A stretch of 64,000 bases of DNA from a virus. The notes under the pieces were generated by a model. That model did not search any database and was not told the DNA's origin. It saw nothing but the letters and a program-made list of their open reading frames with translations. Positions 19,017 to 29,995 of the stretch are shown in pieces. Where the stretch lies: the UHGV virus genome UHGV-1332848. One strand, written 5' to 3'. A program made the position numbers and the translations under genes. How positions within the stretch are numbered: position 1 is the first letter of the stretch; each line of letters opens with the position of its first letter.

Positions 19017-19625
19017 TTAAGCTATAACTCTGACTAATTCTAGTTGAACCATCTTATAATCGGTTGGGAACATTGAAGCTGTAGCACTACCATCAGTGTA
19101 AACATAATTAGCTATGTGCGAATTCACAACTCTAACAACTTTAAAATAGAAACAAGTTTTAGCTAATAATGGTGCATCTGTTGAGTATTTTAACTGAGTT
19201 CCAGCTACAGCATTTGCTTCTAATGTAAACTTGTCGCCAACCTCGACCTCTTTTGTTTTTCCTGAAACCTTTCCTGTTAAATCAAAGTAATCGAATGATA
19301 AATCTATACCATCTAATTCTTCTAATGGAACAACTGGAAATGCTTTGTTTGCAGGATTCCTAAATATCCCTATCGCATTGTCAACTTTTCTATCTTGCTT
19401 ATAGTTTATTTCTGGTTTCATAACTATGACAGGCATTTTAGCTTTCACCAATTCTTCTGTTGGTGCTAAAAATTGTCTCACCTCTGTTGAACCCTCAACA
19501 AAATCACCTAAATACCCCAATACCCCATTTGGTATTTCTGTATTAAATTTAGCAGAGTGTAATCTTCCCCCTCTGTTAGTAGCCTTAACTTGTGATAAAT
19601 CACATCTAAAATATGTTTTAGCCAT
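19017..19625 (-). CDS. Capsid-associated protein (scaffold or decoration, 202 aa)
   Basis: Immediately upstream of the putative major capsid gene. Confidence 0.3.
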   Translation of the reverse strand: MAKTYFRCDLSQVKATNRGGRLHSAKFNTEIPNGVLGYLGDFVEGSTEVRQFLAPTEELVKAKMPVIVMKPEINYKQDRKVDNAIGIFRNPANKAFPVVPLEELDGIDLSFDYFDLTGKVSGKTKEVEVGDKFTLEANAVAGTQLKYSTDAPLLAKTCFYFKVVRVVNSHIANYVYTDGSATASMFPTDYKMVQLELVRVIA

Positions 19626-19645
19626 ATATTAATTCCTCCTTTAAT

Positions 19646-21145
19646 TTAATTATTTTTTATATACTTGTCTAAAATACACCATGCAGTGTCAGTATTTGAT
19701 TCTTTTTCCATATTAACTACAGGAACTCTTACAATATTCTTAGAAAAGTCTCTCTTATTTTTAGAGTTGATATCTATATTGTTATCAAACGCTAAAACTT
19801 TAAGTGATTTAATTAATTCTTCTTTTTCTAATTCATATCTTTTTTCAAATAACTCATTATATCCCACAACTTTATTCAAGGCAGAATATTCAACAAATAT
19901 TGAATTCAACTCAGCATCCTTTTGTTCTTTTTCTATTTTTAATTTAAATTCAGCAAGTTCCTTGTTTTCTTCTTGCAATGATACATATGTAGAATTTAAA
20001 TCGATATATTTGCCCTTCATATCTCTTAGTTCATCATCCTGCTTCGAATACTTACTATTATATTCTTCTACTTTTTCTTTATTATGTTTTATTTCTACTT
20101 CAAAAACGTTACTAACAACTTCTGATTCACCCTCGATATATTCTCTCCAGTCACCCCTAATATATCTCTTAAACTCATCTAAATTTAAAATTATTCCATC
20201 ACCTTCTAATGTGTAGGGAATCCCATAATATCTATACCAACATTCAGAATCTTCGCATATTGCAATGTTTTCTGTAGGTAATATATCTATTAAATAGTAT
20301 TTTTGACACTCATATGTATCTCCCCACCAATCAGTATGAGTATGTGTAATTTCTTTTAATTTTTCTCTTATTTTTTTGTCTAAATCTTCAACACTTAAAG
20401 TAAATAATTTTTCTTTTAAATCATCAAAACTTAAAGATTCATCATTGATTACAGTTTCATATTTTTCAGATTTAAGATATGAATATTTTTTTATCAATTC
20501 TTTCTTCTCATCCAATTTATTACCCCCTTTACCAAAATTTATATTTTTAACCTCTTCAAGCAACATAGAAAATTCTTTTTTGTAATCTTCTTTATTAAGA
20601 GAATATACTACTTTTGCACTAGGGAAGCATGGTGCAGTATTTTCACCAAGTATACAAATTCCTGTAAAATTAAAATTATTTATAACCATTACTTGATTCT
20701 CATCCTCTTCGTAGTCTAAAACAGATATCTCCATAGATTGATTATTTAAGTTCTCCATGACCTTTTCTGCTTCAGGATATCTGCTAGTCCAAAGTATCCC
20801 ATCACAAACTAGATATTCAATTCCACTTTTATCAAATTCCCATCTCGGATTACAATTCTCAGGAATAACGCCATATGCTTTAGTTGTTTCAATAAACTTA
20901 ATTCCATCATCTGATATTTCTAGCTTTCCACCATGCCCCTTAAAATCCTCGATACTTTCTGACCATTCGCCTAGTATTGGAATATTATATAAACTATTCA
21001 TAGCGTTTTCAAAAGCTTGCTTTGTTATATTAGAGCCATTTGCATTCTCGCCGTAAGTTGCAACCCAAATATTAACCTTAGTAAAGTCAGGATGTTCAAA
21101 TTCTTTTACTTGTTCAAATTTAACACTCAAATTTAATTTATTCAC
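19646..21145 (-). CDS. Head morphogenesis protein (protease/scaffold-like, 499 aa)
   Basis: Globular N-terminal domain plus a long C-terminal Glu/Lys-rich coiled coil; follows the portal gene. Confidence 0.35.
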   Translation of the reverse strand: MNKLNLSVKFEQVKEFEHPDFTKVNIWVATYGENANGSNITKQAFENAMNSLYNIPILGEWSESIEDFKGHGGKLEISDDGIKFIETTKAYGVIPENCNPRWEFDKSGIEYLVCDGILWTSRYPEAEKVMENLNNQSMEISVLDYEEDENQVMVINNFNFTGICILGENTAPCFPSAKVVYSLNKEDYKKEFSMLLEEVKNINFGKGGNKLDEKKELIKKYSYLKSEKYETVINDESLSFDDLKEKLFTLSVEDLDKKIREKLKEITHTHTDWWGDTYECQKYYLIDILPTENIAICEDSECWYRYYGIPYTLEGDGIILNLDEFKRYIRGDWREYIEGESEVVSNVFEVEIKHNKEKVEEYNSKYSKQDDELRDMKGKYIDLNSTYVSLQEENKELAEFKLKIEKEQKDAELNSIFVEYSALNKVVGYNELFEKRYELEKEELIKSLKVLAFDNNIDINSKNKRDFSKNIVRVPVVNMEKESNTDTAWCILDKYIKNN

Positions 21146-21350
21146 ATTATCACCTCCTTTGCTAAAAATAAAGCTTGTTTGTCTTATAAACTTTTATGTT
21201 TAATTTATTAAAATTTAATTTATTATCATTTTCAAAAACGTAAGCAAATTTATCTCCTATTTGGTTTTTACAAATAAATTTATAACCATTTAAAATCAAT
21301 TTTTCTCTTTCACTCTCGCTGAATACGTAAATAAACATCTAAACCACCAC

Positions 21351-22895
21351 CTAAATATCTCTATCATTACCATCACTATCACGTGTAACTTCACCCTCAT
21401 CCGATATTTTACTATCATCAACTTTTTCTCTACCACCTTCACCTGAAAGATCTGAACTTGACGTTGTATGAGAACTAGCTAATGGCTTCCATTCTTCCGA
21501 TAGATTCAATATATTGTCTTCAAGGAAAGTTAATCCCCTTTCTACCCCCTGAGTAACTCCACATAATGCAGATAGCTGTAGTTTAACAGGAACACCATAT
21601 TGTGCAAGTTTTAAAAGTTGAGTAATTGTTTCATCTAAGTTAAATACTGTTACATCTAAAAGCTTTATTGTAAATTTACCATTATATTCTCTTTTAAATT
21701 TTCTATTTAACCAACGCTCAAACTGCCTATATATCTTAAATATCCTAGCTGAATCAACTAGATTTGATGATTTTAATCCTGTACTTGTAGTCGCACCTTT
21801 ACCAAAGTTTACTGGACTTATACCACTTGATGTAAATACATTATCTTCGGCTCTATTAACGTTATCTTTATCAGATACAACTCCACTTCCAAAGTTTATA
21901 TCTTTAAAATCAGTAACAGATAAAAAAGCACCTATACCTTCAGGTAGATTGTCTAATAACATACTGTAGAATTGTATAGCAGTATTTGTATCAACTAAGA
22001 AATCATCAACTTTCCCACTATTCTTATTTAATGGTATTTGCATACCTATAAATTTATAGTTATCAACTTGTGTTTTTGTTTTAGTTAATTCTTTGTATGT
22101 TGCTAAATCTGATAAGTCATTAAATAAGCTTGAAAATGGTGGAAATACAAATGGTAATTCCTCAAGCATTTTTATACAAATAGTATTTTCTTCACTCAAT
22201 TCTTGCCACTTCATATTTGTCTTATCTTTTAAATACTTAGAATAACAGCTCCTAAATTCTTCTGGGTATGTTTTAATTAATTCTTCATCAACACCTTTTA
22301 TTTTCTTGTTCTTTTCAAAATAACTGAAATCAAATTGAAAATTAAAAACTCCATCTGTTATAGATGATATTCTACAATAATCACTATCAAGTTGCTGTAT
22401 ATAAAAACTATCAGTTGTTTCATGCACATAACCGTAAAATACATCTTCTCTTACATTAATACCTAGTATTCTTTGGAATTCATGTGCTATATTTAACTTC
22501 TCTAAGTTAGAGATAATTTTAAAATACTCTTTCTTTAGTTTTTTCTTATCTGAAATATCACCATTAGCAGAACTAAATTTATCTACATTAGGCACAACAA
22601 TAGGAATAAACTTACTAATAGAAGGAAGGTAATTCACTACTTGCTGATATTGTGGAGATAATGTCGTTAATACAGTAGATAAATTTCTTAATTTTGCTTC
22701 ATGCTCTATTGGGTTCTCTAAGAACTTTTGAACATTCTCTTGAGTAAACTTATCTGAGAATGGTTTCTTTTTTTGAGCTGTAACAAGAGTGTTAGCAACA
22801 CTACTATTTAATTTTTGTGCAAATTCTAAGAATAATTTAGTATTAATTTCATCTTTAATTTTATTAACTTGTTCTTCTGTGTATGTTTTCTCCAT
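21351..22895 (-). CDS. Portal protein (probable)
   Basis: 514 aa immediately downstream of the large terminase gene; acidic C-terminal tail (SDEGEVTRDSDGNDRDI). Confidence 0.5.
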   Translation of the reverse strand: MEKTYTEEQVNKIKDEINTKLFLEFAQKLNSSVANTLVTAQKKKPFSDKFTQENVQKFLENPIEHEAKLRNLSTVLTTLSPQYQQVVNYLPSISKFIPIVVPNVDKFSSANGDISDKKKLKKEYFKIISNLEKLNIAHEFQRILGINVREDVFYGYVHETTDSFYIQQLDSDYCRISSITDGVFNFQFDFSYFEKNKKIKGVDEELIKTYPEEFRSCYSKYLKDKTNMKWQELSEENTICIKMLEELPFVFPPFSSLFNDLSDLATYKELTKTKTQVDNYKFIGMQIPLNKNSGKVDDFLVDTNTAIQFYSMLLDNLPEGIGAFLSVTDFKDINFGSGVVSDKDNVNRAEDNVFTSSGISPVNFGKGATTSTGLKSSNLVDSARIFKIYRQFERWLNRKFKREYNGKFTIKLLDVTVFNLDETITQLLKLAQYGVPVKLQLSALCGVTQGVERGLTFLEDNILNLSEEWKPLASSHTTSSSDLSGEGGREKVDDSKISDEGEVTRDSDGNDRDI

Positions 22896-22911
22896 AATAA
22901 ATTCCTCCTTT

Positions 22912-24753
22912 CTATATAAGTCTATTTGATTGTTTCATTGGTGATTTGTATTGTAGTAGTTGTGAAATGTCAATTTTAGGTCTTTCCTTATTTACTATCC
23001 CGTCTCTTCTCATCTCTTTTAAATACCAAGCCAACATACAAAAAGTATACGCTCTATCATCATGGACTGTGGCTTTTTTGTCTTGTGGCAAATCATATCT
23101 GTATCCACTACCTGTGCTATCAAATCTATATGTCAATACTAATTCTTCTTTAGCTAAATCTATATTTTTTAAAGCTAATTCCTCCTCAAAAGCAAGGTTT
23201 ACCTTATCATAATCAATATTTCCATCATTACCTTCTATTGGTATATTAATAAAACCTTTCATATCGTATGAATCTGTAAACTCAATAAGACCTAAGTTTA
23301 ACATTTCTATAAAAGCATCGTACATTTCAGTTCTATATTTTTTAGGAGAAATTAATCTTAGCTTATCTAAAGCATTTGGGAAGTTTGATAAATAATCAGA
23401 AGATTCAACATTATCTATAATCCCTTTATGTGCTACACCTTGTTTGTCAGTCCAATCCTCCATGAAATAATCTGCTATATTTACCCCTGCACCACCTGCA
23501 CCACTATCAATTAATAAACCTTCTATATTTTCATAATCTGCAAAGCCTTTTCCATTATATTTTAAAATCATATCTTTAACATATTCCACCTGTTCAGGTG
23601 TTCTCATAGGAGTTCTATTTTTCTTTCCTATATCAATTAAACTCACACAGTTTTGTATTTTTAATTTTAAGCCTACATTTTCATCATTTATTAATTCTCC
23701 AACTGATACAATAGAATTGTCATAAGATCTTGCTGGATCATATGCAAGAATAAATCTTCTACTAGAATTGTTATCATTACACAAAACTGGTTTTCTTACG
23801 CTTGAATTTTTAATTATTTCAGCTCTTTTAATAGGTTGATTACTTCCACCTTCAGTAGTAAATTTATTATAATATTCTCTAAGTGCTTTTTCTCTATTCT
23901 GTCTCATTGCATCATCAACCTTATCTTTAGTTAATAATGGTACGAATAACTTCTTACCCCTATTGGTTGCATTTATTATAACTTCACAATCTAAATCTGC
24001 AACAAAATGATTTTTACTACCTGCAAACATCATTTTCGAATAATTCTTGTATATATTATAAAAATAAGAATCTACACTAGAAGCAGAAGAACAGAATAAT
24101 AATTGGTTAGGTATATTCCTAGCCAATGTTTCCATATCTAAATCTTTACCAAGTTTAAAGTCAGCATTTTGCAAACAGAAACCTGCTGTTGTAACTGCAT
24201 AGTTTTCTGAAATCCAACCACTTTCATCGTATAAATTTAATGACGATCTTTTTCCTCTAATATTATCCTCAACACCTGATAGTGATGTTACTTTACTACC
24301 ATTAAACAACTCGTACTTAAAACCTTGTGGAGAATGAGTGAATCCATCTGTATTAGATGCTGATTTAACTATTTCATTATAGTAAATATCAGTTAAGCCA
24401 GTAAAAGATTCTATCTGCTTTTTTGCTATCTTCTCCATTTTCATAAATGTATCTTGAGATTGTGCAGATGTTGTAGAAAGTATATAAGATTCAAAATTAG
24501 GGAACAACATCATTTTAGTCATAATAAATGGTGCTGAAAGTGTTGATTTTCCACCATTTCTACTCATAAGCCAAAGAACAAATTGTTTGTCCCAACTTGA
24601 CTGAAAACAATATCTCTGATAATCCATGTATTCTACGCCTAGAAACATCTCGCTAAATGCAACAGGATTTTTTCTACCCCATTGTACTATTTTTGACCAT
24701 CTCAAGTAAGATTCTAGTTTCCTTTGTGAGAGATTTTCCTTATTTACACTCAT
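22912..24753 (-). CDS. Terminase large subunit
   Basis: 613 aa. N-terminal Walker A LMSRNGGKSTL. Upstream of the portal gene, stop/start overlap with the preceding gene. Confidence 0.6.
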   Translation of the reverse strand: MSVNKENLSQRKLESYLRWSKIVQWGRKNPVAFSEMFLGVEYMDYQRYCFQSSWDKQFVLWLMSRNGGKSTLSAPFIMTKMMLFPNFESYILSTTSAQSQDTFMKMEKIAKKQIESFTGLTDIYYNEIVKSASNTDGFTHSPQGFKYELFNGSKVTSLSGVEDNIRGKRSSLNLYDESGWISENYAVTTAGFCLQNADFKLGKDLDMETLARNIPNQLLFCSSASSVDSYFYNIYKNYSKMMFAGSKNHFVADLDCEVIINATNRGKKLFVPLLTKDKVDDAMRQNREKALREYYNKFTTEGGSNQPIKRAEIIKNSSVRKPVLCNDNNSSRRFILAYDPARSYDNSIVSVGELINDENVGLKLKIQNCVSLIDIGKKNRTPMRTPEQVEYVKDMILKYNGKGFADYENIEGLLIDSGAGGAGVNIADYFMEDWTDKQGVAHKGIIDNVESSDYLSNFPNALDKLRLISPKKYRTEMYDAFIEMLNLGLIEFTDSYDMKGFINIPIEGNDGNIDYDKVNLAFEEELALKNIDLAKEELVLTYRFDSTGSGYRYDLPQDKKATVHDDRAYTFCMLAWYLKEMRRDGIVNKERPKIDISQLLQYKSPMKQSNRLI

Positions 24754-25853
24754 TAAATCACCTCACTAATTTCCTCATCTTTATTGAATTTTATTTTTAA
24801 CAACCTTAATTCTTCTTCCAATCTATCTTTTTCTCTACTTAACTTATACAATTCATCCTTTTGCCATGCCACCATATCTGCGTAGTCATTTTCATCAAAT
24901 TGCAGTTGTTCCATAATACTTTTATGTGACATATCAGCTACCTGTTTCATTCCTTCTGAAGTTTGTATATCAAAAAGGTTTACTTTAGATTCATCTAAAT
25001 CTAATTCGCCTAATTTTTTAATCATTCCTGTTAATGTTCCTGAGCCTTTAGACTTATTTGTATTAAATTTAGTTGATATTCCATTATCTTCGCAAGTTTT
25101 TAATATAGTTGCCATTAGTTTTTGTTTAGTCTCTATTAACGACTTCATGCCACCATTGTTATCACTTAAAGCGTTTATATTTGATGTTATTTTAGCTATA
25201 GCCATATCAACATATTCAACCTGATTAAAGCTTTTTACAATAGATATAACCGACATTAGTTTCACATTATCCTCTACTACAGAATCATCTAACATATCCA
25301 CAAGCCTATTAAATAAGAATTTTCTATCTCTTTTATTCTCATTCTCAAATGGATCATAACCTATTATTCTTATAACATCTTTTTCATTTTGAAAATCTCT
25401 TTCATTTACATCAACTTCTACAATGTCATCTTTTATTGCTTCTTCTTTTAAGCCATTATCAATACTATCTCCATTTTCAAATGTATAAGATGAGTATTGT
25501 TTTAAACTATTTATATTTTTTATGTATACCTTAAAAACATTTGCATTACTTTTTTCAGCCTCATCTATTGCTGATTGGAAAGGAACTTCTAAGTATGGAA
25601 AGTCCAATAGTCTACATAATCTATAAGTTGCGATTTGTTCATTGCCACTTGACTGTTCAACAAACTCATCAAATAATTGCCAAATACATTCCTTGCATAC
25701 AGTTTGCTTCCCTATACTTTTATTTAAAATTGAATTGGATACATAAAATCCAATCTTTACATCTTTTTCTTTACCACAACAGCTACAAGTCATTTTGGGC
25801 TTTTCAACCTTATCCATAGCTTTTGCAGTTTTTCTAGTAGCCATTATGTTCAC
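24753..25853 (-). CDS. Putative terminase small subunit / DNA-binding zinc-ribbon protein
   Basis: 366 aa. N-terminal CxxC...CxxC zinc ribbon (MTCSCCGKEK...VCKEC). Translationally coupled (ATGA overlap) to the large terminase gene. Confidence 0.35.
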   Translation of the reverse strand: MNIMATRKTAKAMDKVEKPKMTCSCCGKEKDVKIGFYVSNSILNKSIGKQTVCKECIWQLFDEFVEQSSGNEQIATYRLCRLLDFPYLEVPFQSAIDEAEKSNANVFKVYIKNINSLKQYSSYTFENGDSIDNGLKEEAIKDDIVEVDVNERDFQNEKDVIRIIGYDPFENENKRDRKFLFNRLVDMLDDSVVEDNVKLMSVISIVKSFNQVEYVDMAIAKITSNINALSDNNGGMKSLIETKQKLMATILKTCEDNGISTKFNTNKSKGSGTLTGMIKKLGELDLDESKVNLFDIQTSEGMKQVADMSHKSIMEQLQFDENDYADMVAWQKDELYKLSREKDRLEEELRLLKIKFNKDEEISEVI

Positions 25854-25961
25854 CCCTTTTTTTATTTTATTTAACTACCTACCCATACAGATAAGCACTA
25901 GAAATACAATAAAGACTAGGCAGAAAACCACCTAGTCAATAAAATTACATTTTTATTAAGT

Positions 25962-26594
25962 TTAATTAATTTTTATAATTGAATTACTAGCATCAATTAC
26001 ATTATAATCATCAATTCTAAGAGCATCATATACAACTATGCCAAATCCTCTAATATCCATATAAATAGGCACTTCCTTATTATAATTCAGTATTTCTTTT
26101 ACTTTATTAGTCATAACGTCAGCATTGTTAACTTTAATTAATATTTTTTCTCCCTTGAAGTAAATACAAACACTATCTCTATCGACCTCTACATACGCTT
26201 TCTCACATTTAGTTATACGTTCCTCATTTTTTATTTCAAATTTTCTATGATTCTTAATTTCAGATCCTTTTTGTTCCCACACAGCAACATATTCTTTATC
26301 TTCAGATGAATATTTACTCCACTGTTGACTCCATTCTTCTCTTTGAACTAAACCTGCAATCTCCTTTAAAGCTAATACTAAATTCTTATAAGTTCCTATA
26401 TTATCATCATCTAAAGCTTTCTTCATCTTTGATAATAATAACTGTTGTTCATTTTTTAATGCTGATAATAAATCTAATTGAAATTTGTGTGTATGTATTG
26501 GTAATTCGTCATTTGATTCATCAGGAACTTCCCAAGATAGATTTCCATTATATACTTTACTCATATTATATTCTCCTCCGATGTCAGCCATCAC
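25962..26594 (-). CDS. Hypothetical protein (210 aa)
   Basis: ORF with plausible RBS; no motif recognised. Confidence 0.35.
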   Translation of the reverse strand: MMADIGGEYNMSKVYNGNLSWEVPDESNDELPIHTHKFQLDLLSALKNEQQLLLSKMKKALDDDNIGTYKNLVLALKEIAGLVQREEWSQQWSKYSSEDKEYVAVWEQKGSEIKNHRKFEIKNEERITKCEKAYVEVDRDSVCIYFKGEKILIKVNNADVMTNKVKEILNYNKEVPIYMDIRGFGIVVYDALRIDDYNVIDASNSIIKIN

Positions 26595-26701
26595 CTTTAA
26601 ATTTAAGGACTAAAAACCTTAACAACAATCACCGTTTGAGATGATTGCTATAAGGATTTTATTTAATTTTATACTTATTTACGAGTACATCACTTAAGGA
26701 A

Positions 26702-27910
26702 CTACAATTTAATTTTATATGTACATTCCCTACCTTCTTCATTGTAAATCATCAAAGTTTGTGAAGGTTTATTACTCTTTCTAATATGTTTTGCGTATTT
26801 ATCTACTCCACTTGCTGTTCCGTTTACAACAACAGACATATCATGTTCCTCTTTCTCGTAATGGCTGTGATAATGTCCCATATGCACTTCCGTTGGGAAA
26901 ATCTTTAACATATTAGACAAATCATTAATAACTGTTCCGACTTTATCTTCATGTCCATGCACGGCAAATATAGTCTCATTTAAAAACTTATAAACGATTA
27001 TGTTATCATCATACAGATTCTCGCAAAATTCTATATTACCAACACCATCTAATCTTGATTTTAAATACCACGGTATCATTCTTTCAAAATTTTCAGTATC
27101 AATTGAATCTTTTGCATTAGCCACACATCTTCCATGATTTCCAGTTGCAGAATATATCTTAATTTTATGTATATTTTCGGCTAGATTTTTAATCATATTG
27201 GCTAATATTTCAGCACATATCATGGTCTGTGATATTACATCTTCCTCATTTGATACTCTAGTTCCTAAATGAATTATTCCATTAATCATATCTCCCAAAA
27301 CCTCTAAATGTAACGTAGAGACTTCGTTTTGTTTGCAATATTTAATAATCTTATTCTGTAATTTCTCTATTCTTTCTCTTAATATTTCTACACTTATCTC
27401 ATTCCAGTAGTTCTTCTCTTTTATTCCAGTATGCCAATCGCTTACAATTGATACCGCTTCATTATTGCTGTGTTTTTCAGGTACTCTAAACACTCTCAAT
27501 GGTCTTATTTCATTTAATTTTTCAATTTCTTCTTTCATCGTTGAAACTAAATGCTCAAATCTTGCATCAGCTCTTAAGTAGTTTCTATATTCTCTTTTCT
27601 GATCTTGGAATCTTATTTTTTCTTTTTCTAATTCAATTTTTTTAGCCTCAATTTCTTTTAATATAGAATCTTCTTCTATGTTTTCAATCTTTTCATTATC
27701 CAAAATCTCTAATATATTTCTTGCCCCGTAAAACATTCTTCTAGCAACATCACTAGAATATTCTTTACCGAATGCTAATAGAGACAACTCGGTATAATCT
27801 TCGTCTATTGTTTTATCAACCAACTTTCCATATACTATTCTTCTTATATATTCAAGTCTACTTTCATCATCTCGCTTCTTTAAAATATCCTCTCTCATAA
27901 CCCACCTCAT
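26702..27910 (-). CDS. Calcineurin-like metallophosphoesterase
   Basis: 402 aa carrying all phosphoesterase motifs in order: SDWHTG (DxH), LGDMINGIIH (GDxxD), ATGNHGRC (GNH), VHGHEDK, MGHYHSHY. Confidence 0.6.
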   Translation of the reverse strand: MRWVMREDILKKRDDESRLEYIRRIVYGKLVDKTIDEDYTELSLLAFGKEYSSDVARRMFYGARNILEILDNEKIENIEEDSILKEIEAKKIELEKEKIRFQDQKREYRNYLRADARFEHLVSTMKEEIEKLNEIRPLRVFRVPEKHSNNEAVSIVSDWHTGIKEKNYWNEISVEILRERIEKLQNKIIKYCKQNEVSTLHLEVLGDMINGIIHLGTRVSNEEDVISQTMICAEILANMIKNLAENIHKIKIYSATGNHGRCVANAKDSIDTENFERMIPWYLKSRLDGVGNIEFCENLYDDNIIVYKFLNETIFAVHGHEDKVGTVINDLSNMLKIFPTEVHMGHYHSHYEKEEHDMSVVVNGTASGVDKYAKHIRKSNKPSQTLMIYNEEGRECTYKIKL

Positions 27911-28083
27911 TATTTAATCTCTATTAATTGTTCAGCTTCGCACTTTATATTTGGACACATAATTACAAGACCACATTTTGTCTCCTCAACATAACCTTCT
28001 TCCTTTAGTTCTTGTAAGTTATATCTTTTTCCACAATATTTACATGTAAAATCTAAAGCTTTTTTAACTCTCTTTTCTCCCAT
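27910..28083 (-). CDS. Small zinc-ribbon protein (57 aa)
   Basis: Found by hand; not in the ORF track. MGEKRVKKALDFTCKYCGKRYN...CPNIKCEAEQLIEIK. Its stop overlaps the metallophosphoesterase start (TAATG). The motif lies just upstream of its RBS. Confidence 0.4.
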   Translation of the reverse strand: MGEKRVKKALDFTCKYCGKRYNLQELKEEGYVEETKCGLVIMCPNIKCEAEQLIEIK

Positions 28084-28153
28084 ATGTCATTCTCTCCATT
28101 TATTTAATTAATTTTTTATAATAAAAAGAGTGGCAAAACACCACTCATATGTA

Positions 28154-28999
28154 TTAACTAGCTAAATTTACACCATCTTTATAATGCTTAATCACATCAG
28201 AAATATCAATATTCTCTTCATTGCACATAGAAATAATAGTAGCTATTGCATTTGGAATTTCACTATCATCCAACATATCAAGTGTTTTTGGTTTAGTTCG
28301 CTTTCCAGTTTTATTTAAATAATTCGTAATTCTACTGTTTATATTTATTGAATGGCTATATAATAAATTCTTTTTATATTCAGTCCAAGCACTACCAAAA
28401 TCACCTTTAGCATATCTTCTAACTAATGCATTTATTAGGTTTCTATTAGCCCAACTAAACACTTCTCCACTCAATAATCTTTTTTCAATCGATATAGTTT
28501 CATTTTCTAAAAGCAACTTTTCTTTTTCTTCTTCGGCTTCAACAAGCATCAATAGAGCCTCTTTAAAATTGGTCGGAAGTTTATATTGCTGTTGTTGGAT
28601 TATTTCTCTCATCCTGAAATATTCTTCTATTATAGAATCCATAACTTCCCACTTCTTATCGTTTGAATTATCCATCATTGCAACCAGCTTAGTATATCCT
28701 CTTTCAGATAGTAAAAATATATTTTTTGTTCTATTGTTAGTAATTAATCCATTTTCTTTAGCAAAATCTCTTAAACCTTCTGAAGGTTTTAGAAAATCCT
28801 TCAAATCATTATTATTAAATCTGTTGATATTATTGTTTATTAATGTATTTATTTTATCTAGCCTTAAATCATGTTGTAGTGCAATATCACTAGCTAAAAT
28901 ACATTTTTGATTTTCACCAAAACCACCTTCGACAACTTTTACACTTTTGCCATTAATTTCTTTTGTACCATTAATTTTGATTAACTCCATATATCTCAT
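28154..28999 (-). CDS. Phage antirepressor-like protein (Bro-N/KilA-N-type N-terminus)
   Basis: 281 aa. N-terminus INGKSVKVVEGGFGENQKCILASDIALQHDL resembles antirepressor DNA-binding domains. Confidence 0.4.
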   Translation of the reverse strand: MRYMELIKINGTKEINGKSVKVVEGGFGENQKCILASDIALQHDLRLDKINTLINNNINRFNNNDLKDFLKPSEGLRDFAKENGLITNNRTKNIFLLSERGYTKLVAMMDNSNDKKWEVMDSIIEEYFRMREIIQQQQYKLPTNFKEALLMLVEAEEEKEKLLLENETISIEKRLLSGEVFSWANRNLINALVRRYAKGDFGSAWTEYKKNLLYSHSININSRITNYLNKTGKRTKPKTLDMLDDSEIPNAIATIISMCNEENIDISDVIKHYKDGVNLAS

Positions 29000-29995
29000 T
29001 ACCCTTTTGACCGTTCATATATTAACTCTTACAACTTAATAAGAAAAGGGCATGCCGTGGTCAATGTAAATTGCCTCATCACAACTTACCCGTACAACCA
29101 AGTAACATCACTCGGATATTTTAATTAATTATTATTGTTGTCTGTAGCCATTTAATGCACTATAGAGTTGATTTTGATAAAGGAGCTATTCTAACTCCTA
29201 TCTACAGAATGTAGCTATCTATATTCAATTGTTCATACAAAGATACAATCAAATATATCCTTGGATTAACAATTGATAAAATAGGTGATTTAATTAATTA
29301 TTATACTATATGTGCTACTTACGATTGTTCTACAATCCTAAATCGCAGTACGTCTACCACTTGCACATATAGTAACCACTATCCCACTCGTGAATAATAT
29401 CTTTGTCTTTTTAAATGGAGCTATACTCCGTTGTTTTACGCTGTCCCCTTGGACGAAATATATCAATAGTCAAACCTCATACAAGTGTCTGCTAGCTATT
29501 TATTAAAACGATTTTGGTAGGCTTCGCAACCTCTATTAAAACAATTTTGATAGGCTTTGCAACCTCTATTAAACTGATTTTATATTCACAAGTCGCTTCA
29601 AATCAATCCAGAAGCAATCCGAAATAAAACCCTTCACACTATCAGTAGAGCCCAATAATATTAACGTTAGCACAGCTAGAATACCTCCAACTTCCATTTA
29701 TTATTATCTACCCTCACTCGACAACTACGGCGTACCGCCTATTTCCTCTATGTTGTATCAACTACGCCCTCATAAGCTGAAGAAGTAATTAAACTTGAAT
29801 TCGCATCAGTAATCCCAATGAGAATTATTTCTCACATTCGGTAAAGAGCGACTTTACCTATCTATTTTTCTTTCCAGTGGTAATAGAAACCAATTAAATC
29901 ACTGGCGTAAAGCCTATAATATAAATCAATAGTCAAACCTAATATAAGTGTCTGATATATATTTATTAAAACAATTATTTTATGTATTTAATTAA

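Noticed and set aside
19665-21056. Plus-strand track ORFs 19665..20216, 20376..20585 and 20757..21056 antisense to the head-morphogenesis gene
   Set aside because: They are antisense shadows in AT-rich DNA with no RBS or upstream motif.
29517-29582. Tandem 33-bp duplication considered as a mini-CRISPR or tRNA-like element
   Set aside because: There are only two units with no spacer, and no cloverleaf can be drawn. I kept it only as part of the non-coding region finding.
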